Origin: a virus
Length of the DNA stretch: 64,000 nt
IMG/VR virus record: IMGVR_UViG_3300047157_000171
Strand: one strand, 5' to 3'
Position numbers and translations under genes: made by a program. This document shows positions 9,692 through 18,680 of the stretch, one piece after another. Below the pieces are notes generated by a model, which did not search any database, was not told where the DNA came from, and was given only the letters and a program-made list of their open reading frames with translations. Within the stretch, counting starts at the first letter, position 1; each line of letters begins with the position of its first letter.

Positions 9692-10786
9692 ATGGGAAAT
9701 ATTAACGATACTAATAACAGGTTAGCCACAGACACTCCAGATACTACTACAACTACTACCACAGGTGGAGTTTCGGTTACGTTTAGTAGTCCTAGTAATG
9801 GACCGTGTAATTTAACATTTACCCCTGATTGTGGTGGGGTAACGACTAATAATAATACATCTAGGGTTGCTACTGACACGCCTGATACACCTACCGTGAC
9901 AATACTGGGTATTAATTTCCCTTACACTTTTTATCCTTCAGAACATGGAGTTGATGATATTTTTGGTACATATACGTTTAATTGTGGTGGTTGTGAATAT
10001 ATAAGAAACATAGAGAGAGTGTGTAACGATAATGATATATCATATACAGTATTAGGTTCTTCTGTTACGACAACAACAACAGAGGATGTTACAACAACTA
10101 GTACGACTGAAGATGTAACAACGACTAGTACGACTGAAGATGTAACAACGACTAGTACAACTGAAGATGTAACGACTACAACCACTTCGTCAGGTTGTAA
10201 AAATTATCTGTTAAAAGCTGATGACCAATTTACGGAGTTTAGATATATTGCGTGTGGTGAAACAAACTACACAACTGTAGGTCTTAATCGAGACACTAGT
10301 AGAGTGGTATGTTCAGAAAATATACCAGTAGTTACTGTTGGTTCGGATAATGCTGAAGTGATTGATACGGGTATAAGTTGTACTGAAGACCCAACAACAA
10401 CGACTAGTACGACTACGGAGATAGAGACGACTCGTTTTTATATTTCAGCAGGAAAACCAATACTTGGGGTGTATGAAGAAGGAACGAACGAAGGTACTGG
10501 GTTCTGTGACAACACATACTTATTATCGGGTGCCCTTTGGGTGGTTGGTAATTTAACACAGACTTCATCTTTACTTAATAAAACAGTATACACCAATAGT
10601 GATATGGATACTTTCATACCTGTCGGATATTATTACGTACACGGAAGTCCGGGTTACCCTAATGGTACCTATGGAGGAGCGGTACCAGGTCAGCAACACT
10701 TAGCAATAAGGGTAGACGCGAATGGTCTTGTTGGTACTGTTGTTAGTCATAATTGTGGAGACCAAGGAGGAGGACAAGACCTTTAA
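9692..10786 (+). CDS. Thr-rich, Cys-module virion-associated protein (paralog of 10807-12114)
   Basis: 364 aa; TTTSTTEDV repeats; N-terminal block shared with the next gene. Confidence 0.65.
   Translation: MGNINDTNNRLATDTPDTTTTTTTGGVSVTFSSPSNGPCNLTFTPDCGGVTTNNNTSRVATDTPDTPTVTILGINFPYTFYPSEHGVDDIFGTYTFNCGGCEYIRNIERVCNDNDISYTVLGSSVTTTTTEDVTTTSTTEDVTTTSTTEDVTTTSTTEDVTTTTTSSGCKNYLLKADDQFTEFRYIACGETNYTTVGLNRDTSRVVCSENIPVVTVGSDNAEVIDTGISCTEDPTTTTSTTTEIETTRFYISAGKPILGVYEEGTNEGTGFCDNTYLLSGALWVVGNLTQTSSLLNKTVYTNSDMDTFIPVGYYYVHGSPGYPNGTYGGAVPGQQHLAIRVDANGLVGTVVSHNCGDQGGGQDL
10066..10190 (+). repeat. 27-nt/9-aa tandem repeat (TTTSTTEDV)
   Basis: About four copies of acaacgactagtacgactgaagatgta. Confidence 0.95.
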
Positions 10787-10806
10787 AAATATAAAAAATA
10801 CGAGAT

Positions 10807-12114
10807 ATGTCTAATATAAACGAAAAAGAAAACAATAACGGTAGTATCAATAATACGTCTATTGATAGTAATGGGAATGGTGATTTAGCTGCTACTGATA
10901 CTACAACAGTTAATGGGAATGGTAGTTTAGACGCTACTGATACTACTACAGTACAACCTTCAACTCAAACGGTTAGGTTTGAACGAATGAGTAATGGTAA
11001 ATGTGATTTAACATTTACCCCAACGTCTACAACATCTACGACTAATAATACGTCTAAGGCCGCTACGGATACGACTGATACGACAACTACACAACCTAAC
11101 AGTGTTAGTATCCCCAACGTGTCTTTTCCTTACGAGTTTGACCCTTTAGACCATGGGTTTAATAGTGTAAATGGGACATATACGTTTGATTGTTGTGGAT
11201 GTCCTTATGTGTTCGTTATCGATGGTGAAGATAATTCTGTAACAACTACTACTACTGAAGAGGTTACAACAACGACAACTAGTAAAGACACTGACCCAAT
11301 AACGACCACAACTACTACTGAAGAGGTTACAACAACGACAACGACTGAAGATGTGTGTGATAACTGTACTACGGTTAGGGTTCGTAAAAATCCGTTATCG
11401 ACTAATGTTAGTTTTGATTATATAGATTGTGATAACAATAGTCAGTCTTATACCTTCCAAACTAAGGTTGCGGTTATTGATTTATGTGTGTGTACAGGAA
11501 GTATACCAAGTAGTGATGACTATACTGTTGAATTTATCGAAGAATGTACAACAGGATTACCGGTATTAACCTGCGATTTATTACAATTCACAGTTAATGA
11601 TGGGGAGAATGGAGAACTTGTTAGTTTTAATAATGGAAGTGGATTATTTATACCGGCTCAGGTAACACCTATTCAATATAATTTAGGTGTTGGAACCTAT
11701 ACTGTTAGTGTTACAGTACCAGATGGATATAGTAACGCAGGTGATACTTTAGAATGTGTGAGTGATGAGGTTATTGTATCTCAAGGTGGTGGTGATACCA
11801 CGACAACATCGACAAAGGGTTCATCTAATGCGTTTTGTGCTAAGGTAACATATGGACCTAACAGTCCGAATACGCTACAAACGCCACAGGGTGGAGAGAT
11901 ATTGGAATTTCAAATAAACCAGATGTTTACATATTCTAACGAAGATGGGGGAGGATTCTTTAGAATATGTACTGACAATGGAGCGTTCTATGTGGTAGAG
12001 AATAATTCGGTGAGAGTAATTCAAGAGAGTGACGATATTGATATTGAATATAATACGGATGATAGATGTACTACTGATGGTTCTGGAAATATTGACTGTG
12101 TACAAAGAGTTTAA
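10807..12114 (+). CDS. Thr-rich, Cys-module virion-associated protein (paralog of 9692-10786)
   Basis: 435 aa; SNGKCDLTFTP...FPYEFDPLDHG...GTYTFDCCGC matches SNGPCNLTFTP...FPYTFYPSEHG...GTYTFNCGGC. Confidence 0.65.
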   Translation: MSNINEKENNNGSINNTSIDSNGNGDLAATDTTTVNGNGSLDATDTTTVQPSTQTVRFERMSNGKCDLTFTPTSTTSTTNNTSKAATDTTDTTTTQPNSVSIPNVSFPYEFDPLDHGFNSVNGTYTFDCCGCPYVFVIDGEDNSVTTTTTEEVTTTTTSKDTDPITTTTTTEEVTTTTTTEDVCDNCTTVRVRKNPLSTNVSFDYIDCDNNSQSYTFQTKVAVIDLCVCTGSIPSSDDYTVEFIEECTTGLPVLTCDLLQFTVNDGENGELVSFNNGSGLFIPAQVTPIQYNLGVGTYTVSVTVPDGYSNAGDTLECVSDEVIVSQGGGDTTTTSTKGSSNAFCAKVTYGPNSPNTLQTPQGGEILEFQINQMFTYSNEDGGGFFRICTDNGAFYVVENNSVRVIQESDDIDIEYNTDDRCTTDGSGNIDCVQRV

Positions 12115-12173
12115 GTGTATACTTAAAGATAGTTTTTATTACATTAATGGTATAATCACATAAAAAATATTGT

Positions 12174-13106
12174 ATGGTAACTATATGTTCACAACCCGAT
12201 AATATATATTTTCATTGGCAAAATCTAATACAGTTCTATAACTTTAAAAAGTTAGGAATTTTAAAAGACCATAGGGCGGTTTTTCTAGTTAGTCAAGGAA
12301 AATCTCCTTCTAAGTTTGTTTTAGAATTTAAAAAACAATATCCTAAAAACGTTTTCATATATATGGACGATAGGATACAAAAACACTACATCCCAACCAT
12401 TAAAATACACGGGGTTGTTAAGTACTTAACGACTGACAGGAAACAACAAGATTTAATGTTAATTGATTCGGACATTATCCTTAACGAAAAAATTGATTAT
12501 AGTAAATTCACAGAAAATAATACGGTATATTGTAGTAACACAAAAGGGTATTTAGGGTATCAATATCTAAAGACTAAGGGGGATGAAATTGTTACAGACA
12601 TGTGTCACTTTATGGGTATTACATTGGACGATGTAAAAGACCAAAATGATAATTCAGGGGGTGCTCAATTATATTATAAAGGTGTTGATGGATTATTAGA
12701 GTATTTTAAAGAGGTTGAGGACAAAGCCCCTAAATTATATGATTTGATGGTTAAACATCCAACGTATAATGATTATAAACCAACAATACAGGCTTGGACA
12801 TCAGAGATGTGGGCAGTGTTATGGTTACTGTGGAAACGAGACGTTAAAACTGAAATACATTCTGAATTAGATTTCAGATGGGCTACTGATGATATTTCTT
12901 TATGGAAGACAAATAAGATACTACATATGGCTGGTGTAACCGCAGGTATGAAAGACGTTTTCTTTAAGGGTGGTTTTATCACAAAGACACCATTTAATAC
13001 TGATTTTGATTATATTAGGGAGAATTCTATCACTAAAATCTATATAGAAGAAATGGAAGAATTAAAGAAAGACCAATCTTTCAAAAACTTAATAGAACTC
13101 CTTTAA
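12174..13106 (+). CDS. SERGT1/HPAT-like (GT96/GT95) peptide O-glycosyltransferase
   Basis: Motifs YFHWQ, IKIHGVVKYL, LIDSDII, SGG and WTSEMWAV occur in the order of plant SERGT1 YFDWQ, NKPVGVLYWL, ILDADMI, VGG and WISEMYGY. Confidence 0.65.
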   Translation: MVTICSQPDNIYFHWQNLIQFYNFKKLGILKDHRAVFLVSQGKSPSKFVLEFKKQYPKNVFIYMDDRIQKHYIPTIKIHGVVKYLTTDRKQQDLMLIDSDIILNEKIDYSKFTENNTVYCSNTKGYLGYQYLKTKGDEIVTDMCHFMGITLDDVKDQNDNSGGAQLYYKGVDGLLEYFKEVEDKAPKLYDLMVKHPTYNDYKPTIQAWTSEMWAVLWLLWKRDVKTEIHSELDFRWATDDISLWKTNKILHMAGVTAGMKDVFFKGGFITKTPFNTDFDYIRENSITKIYIEEMEELKKDQSFKNLIELL

Positions 13107-13158
13107 TTTTCATTCACTTTATTTTTTAATTTAATACTTTTACGTATACAATAGAGCT

Positions 13159-14190
13159 ATGCGAAGACGTAAAAGTAAAATATTTGACATATATATAACC
13201 ACAGGTGCTGGTAACACGGTCGGTGGTGGTTCAGACGTATGGGTTAATAATTGGTTAAAGTTAATACCTAAACATTTGGATATTAAACCAATTCTACTTA
13301 TTGATAATTATAGATTTCAAGGGTTTGAAGAGGACTCAATACCAATAGAACATATTTTCTATAATGAAAGACCTGATGAATCTAAAAGATTATTACAGGA
13401 ATGTCGACACATTCACTTCTTACATAATCATTACACTAAAAGACCTCACTTATGGAAGTATAGGTTTAAGTTTAAGAGTATTGCGGTTCACGCATATGCC
13501 AGAGAGATAGTTGATTCTTATAAGGAGTTAGGATTCTCAAGAGATTCTGTCCCTTTTTTATGGAATGTTGAATGGCAAGACGAATTAATCCGTGAGTGTG
13601 AAACTAAATATTGGGTCGGTTCACAAAGAGGTTTAGTTAACGATATTTTTAACGACTGTATAACAATACCAAATTATTATGAGTTTATATGGAATAAGGA
13701 ATATTTTCATAGTAATGTGGTTGGGTTTGCTGCAAGGGCAGAAACAAGAAAAGCGATTCACTTCTTGGAGAATGTTAGGTCCAATGCTTTTACATCAAGT
13801 AATGGTGTTAAGATATGGGAGAAAAACACTAAAATGAAGTTCAACAATACTAAAATCATTGAGTATAATCCAAACTTAACAGATGAATATTATAATAGTA
13901 GTCTGTTCGGTATATTCCATGGTGCTTATGTTAAAGAACCATTTGGGTATTCAATTCTCCAAGCCGTTGATGCTGGTAAATTACCTATTATATCTAAAGG
14001 GTGGTGTCCAGAGTTTAACTATCCGTATCGAGCGTCGAGTAAAGAAGAGTTTGAAAATATGGTTAAGTTAATACAAAACACAAATAAAGAAACAAGGAAA
14101 AATATCTTTAATTCGGCAAAAGAATTTTTAAAGAAATTTGACAATAAAGACCATTGGGTTGAAAGAATGAAAACAATTTATAATGAATAG
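13159..14190 (+). CDS. GT-B fold glycosyltransferase (GT4-like)
   Basis: N-terminal GGGSDVW loop; EPFGYSILQAVDAGKLPII matches the GT4 EPFG-x-LEA motif. Confidence 0.75.
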   Translation: MRRRKSKIFDIYITTGAGNTVGGGSDVWVNNWLKLIPKHLDIKPILLIDNYRFQGFEEDSIPIEHIFYNERPDESKRLLQECRHIHFLHNHYTKRPHLWKYRFKFKSIAVHAYAREIVDSYKELGFSRDSVPFLWNVEWQDELIRECETKYWVGSQRGLVNDIFNDCITIPNYYEFIWNKEYFHSNVVGFAARAETRKAIHFLENVRSNAFTSSNGVKIWEKNTKMKFNNTKIIEYNPNLTDEYYNSSLFGIFHGAYVKEPFGYSILQAVDAGKLPIISKGWCPEFNYPYRASSKEEFENMVKLIQNTNKETRKNIFNSAKEFLKKFDNKDHWVERMKTIYNE

Positions 14191-15136
14191 AAAATTAATA
14201 GTTTCACGAATGTGGACAAAACGAGGTATACAACAGTACTTCTCATTACTCCAAATATCTAAAGAATTTTGGGACTTTGAAATAGAAGCACATATTCTAA
14301 TTGACGATTGGACACACGATGATGATTGGACTAAGGAGATAGAAAAACTTAATAACCCACATAGAGAAGGGTTTCCGATGAGTGTGGAGTTTTACACCAA
14401 AGAAGAGTTAAAACAATGGTACCATAGTAATAATATTATAGATAAGAGTGTCTTTGATAACATGAAAGGATTTTTACATATTTATCATCTTCTGTTGTAT
14501 TTTTATTTATATGTTGAAAAAGGTATCGATTACTTAGTGTCTTATGATGATGATATCGTGTTTAATAAAAAGGTTAGTCCTGAGTTAAATGAAATCGATG
14601 GTTTAATAGCTAATAAGACACCATTTGTTATTGACGAAGAGTACTTCCCTATGTCTGACAAAAGTATGTTTGTTGGCTTATCTAATTATTTTAACCGTGA
14701 TTTAACACCTGATTATTATAGAAATAATGTAAGGGGTGTTGGTGCCAATGCTGGTTTTATGGGTATAGAAACCTCATCGATATTTAGTTCTTTTAAAGAC
14801 AATTTTATGGGATTATTATCTTTGTTTGATTTCAAATCGCCGAACTTAAAATCTATTGATGAACCTTACCATTATACTGATAAGGTTTTATTCGATACTC
14901 AAGAACAAAGTTTTATGAGTATTATGTTACACTGTTTTGCGACAAAAGAATTGTTTAGGTTAGGTGGGGCATTAGGGTATTTCTTTGATACTCCAATACA
15001 AGAGGCGGTAAATAAGTCTAAATTAATACATTTCACAGGAGACAGAAAATACGACCCACTATTTCCAAAGATTATTATAGATTTTCTAAAGAAACACGGT
15101 CATAACAATATCACACCAGATTGGTTTTATTATTAA
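14183..15136 (+). CDS. GT-A fold glycosyltransferase (GT8-like)
   Basis: YDDDIVF (DxD), ANAGF, EQSF and a late LIHF. Confidence 0.6.
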   Translation: MNRKLIVSRMWTKRGIQQYFSLLQISKEFWDFEIEAHILIDDWTHDDDWTKEIEKLNNPHREGFPMSVEFYTKEELKQWYHSNNIIDKSVFDNMKGFLHIYHLLLYFYLYVEKGIDYLVSYDDDIVFNKKVSPELNEIDGLIANKTPFVIDEEYFPMSDKSMFVGLSNYFNRDLTPDYYRNNVRGVGANAGFMGIETSSIFSSFKDNFMGLLSLFDFKSPNLKSIDEPYHYTDKVLFDTQEQSFMSIMLHCFATKELFRLGGALGYFFDTPIQEAVNKSKLIHFTGDRKYDPLFPKIIIDFLKKHGHNNITPDWFYY

Positions 15137-15142
15137 ATAATT

Positions 15143-16252
15143 ATGTTGGAACCGTTATACAATAAAGAAATATTAGAAGAAGGTATTATTGAAGCATTAA
15201 GGCACATTGATGCTTTTGATGATATTGAAAAGGCGAAAGAATGTCTAAGAACCGCACTATCACCAAATGAAAAATGGGCGATTAATTTACTAAACTCGAG
15301 TGTTAGTGATAATATGAAATTCCACACAATGAATGGGTATAATTTACCGTTTTTTGAAAATGACAGTAATATACCAAAAAGAGCGAAAAATGCTAGATTA
15401 TGTGTCGTATATCAAGTATGGGGTAATCATAACTATTTAAAGTTTTTATACCTATCAATTTTATCACAATTGGCGTATACGGATATTTTAGATTTTGATA
15501 TTAAAATATTTTTAGGAAAAGGATTTGTTAATGATGTAGGTGCGTCATTAATCGACCGATTATTACCTGAAGGGTCTATTATACCTGTTAATGATGGGTT
15601 ATCTTTAAAATATGGATTAACTTCCCATCCACATTTACAGAACTACGACGTAGTTTCTGTTGTTGATACAGACGCATTTTGGTACCACCCTAAAGGTGAG
15701 AAAACTAACGTATACCAAAAAATGTTAGATTTGTATGACTCAGGTTTTGATGGTCTTATTATGGCACCAGACCCTGACTTGGCAAGTTCAGTGTTTTGGC
15801 AAAGAAGAGATACGTTAAACACCAATATACCGGCTGAACATTATAAAAACTATTTCTACAGAAATGCGAATACGGATGAAAAAAGACTTACTGATTTTGT
15901 AGACCATGATAAGAATTGGTTCCTATCATGTCTATTTGTATACGGTAAAAACCAATTTAGAGAACCAGGTTATGGTAAATACGCATTGACCTGTTTATAT
16001 GATGAATTACTTTGTGATGAAACAGTTTGGATGATGTGGGGTCTCGGTCACGATTACGAAATCGAGAACATGAATAATACAGGGTTTTTACGATGGGTTG
16101 GTGCGAATGATTTCGATAGGTATTGGAGCAATGAGAAAAATAGTGAAGATGTTTTGTCTTATATTCATCCTGTACAGGGAGACCATTGTTTTAATATGAA
16201 TTTAATTAAGTTATATGATAAAATAGTAGAAGATTACAAATTAAGTAGATAA
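15143..16252 (+). CDS. Putative GT-A fold glycosyltransferase
   Basis: VVDTDAFW (DxD), CDETVW, YIHP; lies within the GT cluster. Confidence 0.5.
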   Translation: MLEPLYNKEILEEGIIEALRHIDAFDDIEKAKECLRTALSPNEKWAINLLNSSVSDNMKFHTMNGYNLPFFENDSNIPKRAKNARLCVVYQVWGNHNYLKFLYLSILSQLAYTDILDFDIKIFLGKGFVNDVGASLIDRLLPEGSIIPVNDGLSLKYGLTSHPHLQNYDVVSVVDTDAFWYHPKGEKTNVYQKMLDLYDSGFDGLIMAPDPDLASSVFWQRRDTLNTNIPAEHYKNYFYRNANTDEKRLTDFVDHDKNWFLSCLFVYGKNQFREPGYGKYALTCLYDELLCDETVWMMWGLGHDYEIENMNNTGFLRWVGANDFDRYWSNEKNSEDVLSYIHPVQGDHCFNMNLIKLYDKIVEDYKLSR

Positions 16253-17175
16253 TGAAAAGACCCGATTATACTGTAATGTATACTTTACACGTCATGCCAG
16301 AAGAAATACAAGATGTTGGTAGGATAATAAAAGACTTTGAAATATCGACAAAAGAAAACTCAAATGTGGGTGTTACCTTATATATTGATTTGAATTTTTC
16401 AGATGTCTATTATGATTGGACAAATTCTAAAATGACAAAAGAAACTTTTTATAATTTATTTCAAAACTTCTTAACACATTCTAGAAAGAATTTAAATATA
16501 ATACACAATGTAAGAGATACGGGGCATTGGGGTGTTAATTCAACCAGAAGAAACGTGATTAACGAATACAAAGATACGTTTGATTATATTGGTTTTATTG
16601 ATTGTGACATATTTTTTGACCCAGCTGCGATTCAGTATGTGTATAAAACATTAGAAAAAGAGCCGGGAGAATTTATTGTATTCTCTGGTTTATTACCTAA
16701 GATGTGGAACGAACACTTTGATGGTCTCACACATAAAAAATTTAAGAATGTGACTGACAGGTCATTTCCTTTTAAGATTAACCCTTTGAGTGTTTATGGG
16801 TTTCACCAAACTCAGAAAAATGAGGTTGGATATACTTCTGACATTATGATTGGGGGAGGATGGTTTAACGTTTTTTCTACAACGATTTTCGATTACGTAA
16901 CCATACCGACAGAATTAGGGGTTTATGGTATTGATGACCATTGGATTCAAGAATGTTGTCGTTTTCTTAATAAATCAGGGTGGGATATTAAACAATGTTA
17001 TAATAATAAATTTTTAATATTAGAGAACCACGGTCGTAAGTTTAATATGCCAGAGCCTTTTATAGTTAAAAAAATGGTAAATGGGGGTAAATTTGAATAT
17101 GAAAAAAACGCAAAACAAAATTACGAAAGATTATTTAGTGAGTATAAACAAAGTATTATAAGTAAGTATTTCTAA
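16252..17175 (+). CDS. GT2-like glycosyltransferase
   Basis: GVNSTRRNVI...YIGFIDCDIFF; YGIDD acceptor-region motif. Confidence 0.65.
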   Translation: MKRPDYTVMYTLHVMPEEIQDVGRIIKDFEISTKENSNVGVTLYIDLNFSDVYYDWTNSKMTKETFYNLFQNFLTHSRKNLNIIHNVRDTGHWGVNSTRRNVINEYKDTFDYIGFIDCDIFFDPAAIQYVYKTLEKEPGEFIVFSGLLPKMWNEHFDGLTHKKFKNVTDRSFPFKINPLSVYGFHQTQKNEVGYTSDIMIGGGWFNVFSTTIFDYVTIPTELGVYGIDDHWIQECCRFLNKSGWDIKQCYNNKFLILENHGRKFNMPEPFIVKKMVNGGKFEYEKNAKQNYERLFSEYKQSIISKYF

Positions 17176-17177
17176 TC

Positions 17178-18680
17178 ATGAAGTTATTTTTTACTTTTTA
17201 TAGTAAAGAAAGTATTCCTAAGTTACACCACTTCTTCAAACACTACAGAAACTTAGGGGTGACTAATTTTTATGCGATATATCATGCGTATGAAGAATAC
17301 AGTAAAGATGTTTTAGATTATGTGATGGAAAACGCCATGGTTGTTAAGATATGGGACGGGGTCTTTAACGAACATATTAAAGTAAAACACATAAATGATG
17401 CGAGGTTAAAATTCTCAAGTTATGGTGAGTGGTCGTTTACTGTTGATTGTGATGAATTTATAGATATTAGTATTAATGACTTAAATAAGGTGGTTAATAG
17501 TGATGCGAACTATGTGAAGTTTAGTATGATAGACAGGGTATCTAAACCATCACTTAAAGAGGTTACGATTGAAGAAGACATTGGAATAACGTTTCCATAT
17601 TATTCTTTTATTACATATAGTTTATTAGAGGGGGCGATATCTAAAGTGCCTCTATCTGTTCGTGAAGTCATTATTGGTTTAGGTTATCACGATGTCATTG
17701 GAGGGCAAGAACAAGTGGTTAAGTTGAAAAAACATCATTTAAATGGGTATGTTAATCACTTTAAATGGGATAGTGACCTTATCTATACTATGCACGATAG
17801 AGTGACTAATAGGTTAATAGATGACGGAAGTGCTGATGATTACAAAGGAGAATGTGAAGTTGCTTTGTCTTTGGATTATGATAATGTGATTACTTATGAC
17901 AAACCTTTAGAAATGAAATTATTGTTTATTGTTTGGTCCCTTCAGGATTATAATATGTTAAAGCAGTTTTTCATTCATTATAGAAACTTAGGGGTTACCA
18001 AATTCTATTGTATTTTTCATACTTACGGTATGGAAGATAATTTTATTTATGACTTTGTTAAACAAAACGCTGAGATTGTACATCATTGGGATGAGAAATA
18101 TACGACAGAGTGGGAATGTAAACTAAAGAATAAATATAAGAGAGAAATATGTGATGATGAGAACGAATGGGTGTGGTGTGTAGATGCTGACGAATTTGTT
18201 GATGTCTCACCAGACTTTGTAAGGGAAGTTATAGGTAGTGACTCAAATTACGTTAATGGGTGGATGGTAGATAGGTTTTCTGAAGATGGATTAATAGTCC
18301 CATTGGATGATAATATGTTTAAACAGTTCCCAATTAGGACTTACTATACACGGTTTAAATTAAATGGTTCTGCGTCTAAAATTCCACTAACTCGTTCTTA
18401 TGTTATAATTGGTGTGGGTCATCATGTTGTGTTAAATGAAATGTATGATTTTGGTGTAAAGGATGAGAGAGTCTTAATTTCTTATAATGGTAATGAGGAT
18501 GATTGGATTGAAGTTGCTCATATTAAATGGCATTATCAATTGTTAGAGGAGATTTATAATAAATTCACTAAAACAATGAATTTATGTCAATACTCGGCAA
18601 GGGAGATGGGTGTTTTTGTATTGGATTATTGTTATAAGAAAAAACCAATAACTGAAATTATTAAAGACGTGAGAATATGA
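17178..18680 (+). CDS. Tandem two-domain glycosyltransferase (Glyco_tranf_2_4/GT92-like)
   Basis: Internal duplication: HYRNLGVTNFY...VDCDEFI and HYRNLGVTKFY...VDADEFV. Confidence 0.7.
   Translation: MKLFFTFYSKESIPKLHHFFKHYRNLGVTNFYAIYHAYEEYSKDVLDYVMENAMVVKIWDGVFNEHIKVKHINDARLKFSSYGEWSFTVDCDEFIDISINDLNKVVNSDANYVKFSMIDRVSKPSLKEVTIEEDIGITFPYYSFITYSLLEGAISKVPLSVREVIIGLGYHDVIGGQEQVVKLKKHHLNGYVNHFKWDSDLIYTMHDRVTNRLIDDGSADDYKGECEVALSLDYDNVITYDKPLEMKLLFIVWSLQDYNMLKQFFIHYRNLGVTKFYCIFHTYGMEDNFIYDFVKQNAEIVHHWDEKYTTEWECKLKNKYKREICDDENEWVWCVDADEFVDVSPDFVREVIGSDSNYVNGWMVDRFSEDGLIVPLDDNMFKQFPIRTYYTRFKLNGSASKIPLTRSYVIIGVGHHVVLNEMYDFGVKDERVLISYNGNEDDWIEVAHIKWHYQLLEEIYNKFTKTMNLCQYSAREMGVFVLDYCYKKKPITEIIKDVRI

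Noticed and set aside
8540-10190. 27-30-nt repeats as a CRISPR array
   Set aside because: No unique spacers; unit lengths are multiples of 3 with synonymous variation, so they are coding repeats
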